Below, one piece after another: positions 56,030 to 64,000 of a DNA stretch of 64,000 nt. Below the pieces are notes generated by a model. The model saw nothing but the letters and a program-made list of their open reading frames with translations. It was not told the origin of the DNA and did not search any database. Each line of letters opens with the position of its first letter. Position 1 is the stretch's first letter. This stretch comes from Spheniscus humboldti (Eukaryota). The position numbers and the translations under genes are program-made. The stretch lies in assembly GCA_027474245.1 (NCBI GenBank), contig CM049887.1:20879762-20943761 (forward strand), read 5' to 3'.

Positions 56030-57770
56030 TGGGTGTCACCAATGTTAAGTCAGCCTACACCCTGCGTCAAAACTGCTTCCATAAAGAAAAAGACAGGTCA
56101 TTGTCATAGGAGACTCCCTTCTGAAAGGAACAAAAGGCCCAATATGCAGATCAGACCCACTTCTTAGGGAAGTCTGCTGCCTCCCTGGGGCCCAGGTTAA
56201 AGATGTGAAGAGAAAGCTTCCTACCCTGGTATGGCCCTCAGATTATTATCCATTATTGATTTTTCAGGTAGGCAGCGATGAAGTTGCAACAAGAAGTCCG
56301 AGGGCAGTCAAGAGAGACTTCAGGGCCTTGGGACGACTGGTTAAGGGATCAGGAGCACAAGGAGTGTTCTCCTCTATCCTTCCAGTTGCAGAGAATGATG
56401 AGGGAAGAAACAGGAAGAGCCAGCAGATCATTACCTGGCTCCGAGACCAGTGCCACTGGCAGAATTTTGGGGTTTTTGATCATGGGTCATTTTACGTGAC
56501 ACCAGGCCTGCTGGCAACGGACGGGGGTACACCCGTCTCAAAGGGGGAAAAGGATCTTTGCACAGCAGTTAGCAGGGCTCATTGAAAGAGCTAGATTTGA
56601 AGGGGGAAAGGGAGAAAAACAGGCTCACTAGAAATAAGCCTAGGGTCAGCACGCCAGCATTCGAGGGACAGTCTGCTAGCGAGGTCCTTTGGTCTGCCAT
56701 CTCAGTGGAGGCAGGGGATGGAGATCCACGCAGCAGCAAAGACGCAAGGGTTATTGATGTGTTAGAAACCACAGAAGCGCCTGAGAATGGTCACACAGGA
56801 ATTAGGGCTTCTCCCCTCAAAAAGGGGGCAGAATCAATAGCCCAGCTGAAGTGCACCTACACCAATGCACGCAGCATGGGCAACAAACAGGAGGAGCTGG
56901 AAGCCATTGTGCAGCAGGAAAGCTATGATACAGTTGCCATCATGGAAACATGGTGGGATGACTCACACAACTGGAGTGCTGCAAGGGATGGCTATAAACT
57001 CTTCAGAAGGGACAGGCGAGGAAGGAGAGGTGGTGGGGTAGCCCTGATGTTAGGGAGTGTTTTGACTGTCTAGAGCTTAATGATGGTGACGACAGGGTTG
57101 AGTGTTTATGGGCAAGAAAGAATGAGGGGGAAGGCCAACAAGGCAGATATCATGGTGGGAGTCTGTTACAGACCACCCAACCAGGATGAAGAGGCAGATG
57201 AACTATTCTATAAGCAGCTGGGAGAAGCCTCACAATCGCTAGCCCTTGTTCTCGTGGGGGACTTCAACTTACCAGATGTCTGCTGGAAATACAATACAGC
57301 AAAGAGGAAACAGTCTAGGTGCTGGAGCATGTCCAAAGAAGAGCAACAAAGCTGGTGAAGAGTCTAGAGCACAAGTCTTATGAGGAGCTGCTGAGGGGAC
57401 TGGGGTTGTTTAGCCTGGAGAAAAGGAGGCTGAGGGCAGACCTTATCACTCTCCACAGCTACCTGAAAGGAGGTTGTAGCGAGGTGGGTGTCAGTCTCTT
57501 ATCCCAAGTAACAAGCAATAGGACGAGAGGAAATGGCCTCAAGTTGCACCAGGGGAGGTTTAGATTGGATGTGAGGAAAGATTTCTTTACGGAAAGAGTG
57601 GTTAAACATTGGAACAGGCTGCCCAGGGAAGTGGTTGAGTCACCATCCCTGGAGGTATTTAAAAGATGTGTAGATATGGTGCTTAGGGACATGGTTTAGT
57701 GGTGGAGTTGGCAGCGTTAGGTTAACAATTGGACTTGACTATCTTAAAGGTCTTTTCCAACCTAAATAAC
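56030..57770 (+). mobile_element. CR1 LINE, internally deleted copy (ORF1 3' part, ORF2 endonuclease N-terminal part, then ORF2 extreme C-terminus and 3' UTR, with the RT core missing)
   Basis: The plus-strand frames carry three blocks. Block 1 (56085-56585) is ...VIVIGDSLLKGTKGPICRSDPLL...FQVGSDEVATRSPRAVKRDFRALGRLVKGSGAQGVFSSILPV... Block 2 (56582-57073 and 57080-57358) has the APE-type endonuclease motifs LKCTYTNARSMGNKQEELE, TWWDDSHNWSAARDGYKLFRRDRRGRRGGGVAL, CYRPPNQDEEADELFYKQL and VLVGDFNLPDVCWK. Block 3 (57319-57699) is the ORF2 tail [14 protein letters not shown]...[36 protein letters not shown], followed by the 3' UTR ggacttgactatcttaaaggtcttttccaacc. It lies antisense within a PSPC1 intron. 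Confidence 0.85.
56085..56585 (+). CDS. CR1 ORF1 C-terminal fragment with a GDSL/SGNH-hydrolase (esterase)-like motif (transposon-encoded remnant)
   Basis: An open frame RKRQVIVIGDSLLKGT... contains a GDSL block I-like motif (IGDSLL). CR1-clade ORF1 proteins are known to carry esterase domains. It overlaps ORF-track ORF 56205..56585(+), which appears to start at GTG. Confidence 0.55.
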   Translation, partial: RKRQVIVIGDSLLKGTKGPICRSDPLLREVCCLPGAQVKDVKRKLPTLVWPSDYYPLLIFQVGSDEVATRSPRAVKRDFRALGRLVKGSGAQGVFSSILPVAENDEGRNRKSQQIITWLRDQCHWQNFGVFDHGSFYVTPGLLATDGGTPVSKGEKDLCTAVSRAH

Positions 57771-59525
57771 TAACATTCACATTCGTCACCTGTAAGATAT
57801 ACCTACGCTTACACGCAAACCAAATGCTTTAATGTTTTTTGCTTGAAAAATAAACCAAGACACAACTTGACAGCTGTCATTTCAGGTGCTGCAATAACTA
57901 TTTGGCATTTCAAAACATTTTTTTTACTGTATTATGCTCTGTATCTCAGTACAAGATCTTATATAAACAGTATGGTTTCACACTGAAAGCAAGCATGCCT
58001 ATTTAGAAAAAACAGGCTAAGTAAACTTTTTTCTAATGACAACTTTCAGTTGCAGTAGATTTAAGAATACTATATAAAAAAAAAGAAATACACTTTTAAT
58101 CTCTTTTCCAGTTATGAAAATGTTTTAAAACAGATTTTAAAAGACTGTGTGTTTACATTTAATATATACAAGCATTTAGGTGCTTTAATTCCACCAACCT
58201 AGTGAATACTCTAATCCAGGTCATATAGATTTTTTTCAACGTCATTCAAGTCAGCAGAAAAAATTAAGATAAACCAGTCTCACACAGGGAAGTCATATTA
58301 TCAACAAAAAAGTCCTTTCTTAAGAGTAAGCATTAGGTAAAGCCAAATAATTGCAGCAGACAGCTTGTATGAGTTATCTGGGTTTAAGTTTTGAAATGTA
58401 TCCACTACTCAGACTCTAAGGAAGTTCAAATCCCTTTAAAATGACAAGGCACTCTTATTCAGCCTATCAAGCTAGTTATTGTACTGTCTTATGATCCAAC
58501 ACTCTTAGGGATAAGAATTTTTTTAGGTAGCCATGATCTCCCTTAAATTGAGATTTTTTTTTTAAAAAAACAATACTTCAGTGTTTCATTCATGCAACAA
58601 ACCTTGCGATCCTTTCTGACAGATTTGCAATATAATTAAACGTTATCCACTCAAGTCTTGCAATTTAGCAGTCATACAGAGGGAACTAAAATCAAGTATA
58701 GTTCAATAGTTCTGAACTGGAAAGCAGCGATTGCATGTCCACAGCATTTTGGGGAAAACGTGTTTTGGGGAGAAGGCTAACAAGCAGAAAGTACCAGGTA
58801 CTTGCCTTGCTACTGTCCTCTCTGCCCAAGAAACACAAGCTCCACCCAACTCCATTCTTAAAGATAGAGCTTGAAAGCAATTGCTAGAGGACTTTCCCCC
58901 CCTCAACACTAGCAGAAGACAAGATGTCCAAACAATTACAAAAGAAGGATACATGATCTTAAAAAGAACAACTGAAATTCATGTCAACTGTGAGTTATTT
59001 TGAGTTGTTACATACATATAATACTATGCACACATCAGACTTCTCAGCTGGGTTTCAAAGGGAAAAAAAAAAGTAACGTCTCTACTGTAACATCTAAAAT
59101 CATACCAGAGGTGCACAAAACAGCCAAAAGAAGTACAAGCTATCATTTTTTTTTCCCTGCACATGGCCCACAAACAGTACTTAGTCCTATCTAGTACCAT
59201 AAGCAACACCAAAAATGGAAAATAATTTTACTGATGAGTGTGAAGCTACCATTCAATTTTTTTACATAAACTACTTAAACTAGACAAATTTAAAAAGTGA
59301 AGAAAACAGACCTACACAATCACCCCTTTCTCAGTTTCTTAATCCATCTCTGCAAATCATCAAGGAATATGTGTAAGAAGAAATATTACTTCCTTTTTCT
59401 CAGTTCAATGCACTTAATTAAATAGCATCTGGCAAAATCTCTAAGTTTAACATACAGCTTAATATGCTACACAAAGAAAATCTGTGACAAAACAAATTTA
59501 ATACTAGTAGATAATCTGATTTTAC

Positions 59526-59722
59526 CTTGCCTCATCAGCATTAGCTGATGCTCATGTCTAGCTGCTTCCATTTCTGCCTCTAGTTTCTCTTTGGCTTCTC
59601 TAATGTTCCTGTCAACCTGTTCACGCTGTTGCTTTTCCATCTCATCAAGAGCCTTCCACCGTGAAGCATACTCAAACTCAAATGTTCCAGGCTGAGCAAA
59701 ACGTGGAGGCTGTTCTCTTTCC
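59526..59722 (-). CDS. PSPC1: PSPC1 coding exon (NOPS/coiled-coil region, 197 nt)
   Basis: An acceptor ttttattag is followed by G GAA AGA GAA CAG..., giving (K)[65 protein letters not shown](D). The donor is CAAG|gtaaaa. It is identical to human over this stretch and overlaps ORF-track ORF 59467..59763(-). Confidence 0.9.
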
Positions 59723-60752
59723 CTAATAAAAATTTTGCAGTTAAAATGTACAGAAGGACACATTTAGATCAACAGCTGCAACAGCCAAGGAATTTATAAA
59801 CAATCACTTCAAGTGTAGATCTGACTTCAGATCAACCTGTCAGATGACTACATTCTAAACCAGTCAAAGCTTAATTCAGCTGTCAAGACAAGTAATATGA
59901 TCAGTGAAATTGTCCAAATAAAGATCTGTTCAATTTATATAACTTTAAGATAAAAATTCGTATTTACATCAGTACAAAATACTAAGCTGTAACACTAGAT
60001 TAACTGTGTTCAGCCTTCTAAAGCAAGCAGTCAATTTATAAAGCCAGTTATTTAAATAAATATCAAAGCTTACTAGACAGCTCAGAATATTAGCCAGAAT
60101 CTCTAAACATTAAAAGGTGCCAACATTTTATTTCACATTCTAACACTAATTATAACTAACAGTGACAAATTTTTAAAAAGTTACATTCTACAGCCTTACC
60201 AGAATAAGCATTTTAGCTTCAAGCAACATGATCTCTAAATGGCAATCAAATTTCAATATTAAAAATTAATATTATCAGATTAGGTGACTTCTCTTCCACC
60301 TCATGATCAAGACTCACTTTCTTGTGTTATGCTCAAAATTTTATCTGAACCATGGAAGCTGCAAAGATTTACACCCACTGACTTTACAAACAGTTAAGGG
60401 GCTATTCAGAGAACAAAAAATCTGTGGGTGTACAAATCTCTGCAGGATTAGACCACACCCCTAATCCATAAAAGACTCTAGCCTGGCTGGCAACAAGCTC
60501 CAGCTGATTTCAGTGTAGGCCAGGAATCTATCTACTTTAGTAAATGCACAGAATGTAAAACCAACAAGTCAAGTCTGAGTTTTACTATGATTAGGAAATC
60601 TTGGCAAGGTCCTGTTTAATCCTCTGACACAGAATAGCACAACATACAAAACACTACTTCCTGTTACACAAACTCAAAAATAAAAATTAGCATATATTTA
60701 ACAAGCTAAGTAACATAAATCACGTTTTATAAAATAAAGCTAAACAACTTAC

Positions 60753-60848
60753 TTGTGATACTGTTGTGTTTTTTGCATTAGCTTCTCTGGGAGCCCATCT
60801 TCATCATCAAATTGCTCCATCGGTTCTACAACAACAGGTCGAGGTGTT
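60753..60848 (-). CDS. PSPC1: PSPC1 coding exon (96 nt)
   Basis: An acceptor tcttccag is followed by A ACA CCT CGA CCT..., giving (T)[31 protein letters not shown](K). The donor is CACAA|gtaagt. Human reads [32 protein letters not shown]. Confidence 0.88.
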
Positions 60849-63012
60849 CTGGAAGACAGTTTCAATTGAGTAATTGAATTATAAATGAAGCAGTTATTTT
60901 AGTATTTTGAGGAACACTCCAGAAAGCTAACATATGTTATCTGTAATTCCTGTGTCTTGCAAATTCTTCTTAAATCGCAGAATTCTAATGAATCCTGATC
61001 TTAAGAATTATCTTTGAAAATAATTGTTTCTACACCCAAAAGCAGTTATTCCGCCTAGAAACGACAATTTACTTGATGTAGTTCTGTTTGCTATGAAGTA
61101 TTTGAAGATTTAAAAAAAAAAAAACCTCAAAATCATCTACAAACAATTACAAAATATTAGGAAGGAACTACCTTTTGGTTTTCATCACTGAAGCAACACA
61201 GGGGCCATGATTATATTGGGAAAGCACCAAACAAACCCAAAACAGAGCAACACAACCTATTCATATTTCCACAGAATATTAAAAATTACTTTTGAAAATT
61301 ACTCTAACAATTGAAAACAGCTTGATAATTTGGCATTAATATTCCAGTGATAATTAGAAAAACATTTCTGCTTATTTAAAACCCATTCTTTGAACAACCA
61401 TACTCTCACAAATCAGAATCCTAATTTATCTTTGAAAAGACCTTCCTTGAATTCTCATTATCTATAGTAATCAAGAGGCAAGCATTAGCCAGTACTGCCA
61501 AGGATAGAAGTATAAGGATCCTGAATTGATTAAAAAGCTCTCTGCATCAGCCTTGGGAGCATAGCCTATAACACACACCTTAAAGTGACAAGAAAAGAGC
61601 TAGAGACACTATTTTTAGAACACCAGTGCTTATTGTGTTCCACACCTTTATTTCACTTTGCAGATCTTTTCACAGAAAAAAAATCAATATATTTTAACAA
61701 CATCAACAGCTGAAAAAGAAAACTTTGGGCATCGAGTGGAGATTAAAGAGATGAAGTCTGGAATCACAGAGCACAACTCAGCAACTGTTTCTCCTGATGT
61801 TATCTGCGTGGCAATTGCTGGCAGTTCTGTTATTTAAATGAAACTGAACTGTGGTGTTAACGAGTTATAATTTAAAACAACAATTTAAAATCTCTAAATT
61901 AACATTTCAGATGCCTAGTTTTGATATATTTAGCCCATGAATTGAAAGATTTTCTTCTGATCAGGCAAAGAGTTTTCAGCTAAAAATGTAAAATTTTAGA
62001 TTCTGAAGCAAAACATCAAAGTATCACGGCAGCAGATTCATGCTAATTATCTTGGCAACTGCGCATTAGGGAACATGTCAGCCACCTAAGCAAGATAAAG
62101 ATTAAGTGCTTTTTATTCACTCAGGCCATGGTTAGATGGTCGTTTCAATCCAACGAACCTATCCAGCTGCTAAAACAAGAATACCCTCCCCTCAGCTTCC
62201 TTTTCACTGCCACATCTCTCATGCCAAGAATAGCATGTCACACTGAACTAGATTAGTTCCCTGGTTTGGCTCACCATGCTTCCATTCAAATACTAATGCC
62301 AAGGAAACCCAGGGGATAAGAACAAATTGCTGGCACCTACTGATAACAGTAAAGATGTATTCAGATTGAATTTACTACGTAGCTACCAGGTCAGTTCAGT
62401 GGCACACAAGATTTATGAGATTATCACGAGAAAGAGGAGTTCCAGACCCTTTCCCCACCTGCAATCAATCTCCTCCTGGCAACCTTTTCTCCTGCCTTAT
62501 CCTTTGCTGGACCTGATGTTCATAGCACTCATATTAGCAAGCACCTTCATGTGCTTAAACAGCCAAAAATGAACCCAACAAAAACAGCTGAATACTTTTC
62601 TGTTGTTTTAGCAAGCAGAAGTGGCTTATGGAAGTATCTGAAAGTTCTCAATCGGATAAATGATCAACAGCACAGCCAGGGCAGGAAGAGAAAAAGAACT
62701 ACAAGTTCCCCAATTTGATGGCAGCAAGCTTCCATGCTGTGAAACCACAGCCTTATTTTCCCAAATAAGAATCAGAAAAATTAAAAAAAAAAAAACTGAA
62801 TATCTATCATTTCACACAGTCTTTAAGAAAACATTTGAAAATATCACCAGTGAATGTGTTAAAGCACAGCAGTTAACTCTTTTCAGCAAGTACAGAAATA
62901 AGAGGTGCAAGAGAGAAGTGCTGTAATTTGCAAGCTCACTTGCCTTTGAAATAGTAAGTTTTCCTGAGATCATTGCCATAAACTTCTGCAGAATCTAAGT
63001 CTTCATTTTCGG

Positions 63013-63050
63013 AAAAAAAAAAGAAAAAAAAAAGAAAAAAAAAAAGAAAA
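63013..63050. repeat. A-rich simple repeat (GAAAAAAAAAA)n-like
   Basis: ggaaaaaaaaaagaaaaaaaaaagaaaaaaaaaaagaaaagg. Confidence 0.9.
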
Positions 63051-63537
63051 GGCACTTCTGGCCTTTCAAGCCACAAATACAACTTGTGAGATAGAAATAA
63101 ATGCAGGAAGACTTTCCTGAGTTTACAGAAATATGAGCAACATAGTGCACTTTTCTGCTAAGAAACAGGAATATTATTTTGTCACATTGTTACTGGGATC
63201 AGGAAGAGTGCAATCAATGAAAATAAAGTGAAATGAAAAAGCCTTACTATATAGACTATATAGCCTTACTATATAGACAAGGAAAAGCAAAATGTTGCTA
63301 TCAGACTCTAATATGGTAATTACAAGTCTTATAAGCAGTAAGCAGAAAAAGATGGTTTTCCTCACACAAAAAAATTAGGAGTATTTGAGGTATTCATGTA
63401 AAACACCTTAATTTCTCACCTCGTGCCTTTCATAATTTTAAAATAAAATAAGAACTAGGGAATACTCATGAATGCAGTTTTCTTTCACACCAGAAATATA
63501 TACTCACACAAATTCAAACAAAAGCCTGTGAACTTAC

Positions 63538-63839
63538 GTTGTTAGCAAGAATGCCCCATCACTGCATCTTTCTAGAGCTTTCCGTGCTGGAGGTTTTGCT
63601 GCAAACTCTACGAAACCTTTTCCTGTAGCTCTGCCACGATCATCTACTACAACAACAGCTCTTTCCACTGGCCCAAATTGAGAGAATGCTTGTTCCAGCA
63701 GCTCATTAGAAACCACAGGTGAAAGATTCTTGACCGTTAGGGCAGCTCCATGTGTAGCAAATCGAATTCGAAGTGGTCTGCTCTTCAAAATAGTACCATC
63801 AAGTTCTGCCTTTGCTATTTCAGCCAGTGTCCTAGATTC
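63538..63839 (-). CDS. PSPC1: PSPC1 coding exon encoding the end of RRM1 and all of RRM2 (302 nt)
   Basis: An acceptor aaaaag is followed by GAA TCT AGG..., giving [101 protein letters not shown]. The donor is ACAAC|gtaagt. It is about 98% identical to the human PSPC1 RRM2 region as recalled (E to K and G to S differences) and clearly closer to PSPC1 than to the paralogues NONO or SFPQ. It overlaps ORF-track ORF 63534..63896(-). Confidence 0.92.
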
Positions 63840-64000
63840 CTTTTTCAAGATATAAAATATTTTATATATTTTATTTTCAAAGACAACAGATATCACTTTT
63901 GTGGTGTGTGTGTCCCCCCCAGAAAAGTAGCAAATTTTTTTTCCTTAACTTGAGCACATTAGCATCAGGGTCATTCAACTCTTCCCCCCCCCCGCCCCAA

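Noticed and set aside
57459-57692. 'Conserved' 77-aa [33 protein letters not shown]..., repeated at 5855..6088(+) and partly at 10725..10916(+)
   Set aside because: All three are antisense to the CR1 ORF2 tail or 3' UTR. The similarity between them reflects repeat copy number, not selection on a protein.
63247-63285. Local duplication ccttactatatagac...ccttactatatagac
   Set aside because: It is a small tandem slippage duplication in an AT-rich intron with no further structure.
63750-63953. Plus-strand 67-aa ORF
   Set aside because: It is antisense to the PSPC1 RRM2 exon.
1-64000. Prokaryotic features (operons, CRISPR arrays, defence systems, rRNA or tRNA genes)
   Set aside because: None are supported. 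Gene structure is spliced and intron-dominated, and the repeats are vertebrate LINEs.

Overview
This window is vertebrate nuclear DNA, almost certainly avian, not a prokaryotic locus. It is AT-rich overall. It carries several copies and fragments of the bird/reptile LINE CR1, which are recognisable from the conserved reverse transcriptase C-terminus, the 3' UTR and the (ATTCTATG)n-type tail. It also contains eight GT-AG-flanked coding exons on the minus strand that together encode the C-terminal three quarters of the paraspeckle protein PSPC1. The upstream PSPC1 exons (5' UTR and RRM1) lie beyond coordinate 64000. The exons run from RRM2 at about 63.8 kb to the stop codon at 24.1 kb, separated by introns of about 1 to 20 kb. 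The exon assignment rests on near-identity of the spliced translation to the human PSPC1 sequence as I recall it. The remaining roughly 24 kb downstream of the PSPC1 3' end (window positions 1 to 24000) holds CR1 debris, homopolymer tracts and no convincing gene. I found no CRISPR array, rRNA, tRNA, operon or other prokaryotic-style system. The ORF-track entries outside the PSPC1 exons and the CR1 open reading frames look like chance ORFs in AT-rich or repeat-antisense sequence. The most noteworthy non-genic items are three. First, an internally deleted CR1 at 56.0 to 57.8 kb keeps an ORF1 esterase-like (GDSL/SGNH) segment and the start of the ORF2 endonuclease domain but lacks the RT core. 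Second, a young CR1 at 5.76 to 6.99 kb has an uninterrupted 369-codon RT C-terminal frame. Third, there is a 37-nt poly-C tract at 18.1 kb. I see no evidence of a novel biological system here, and I have tried not to manufacture one.
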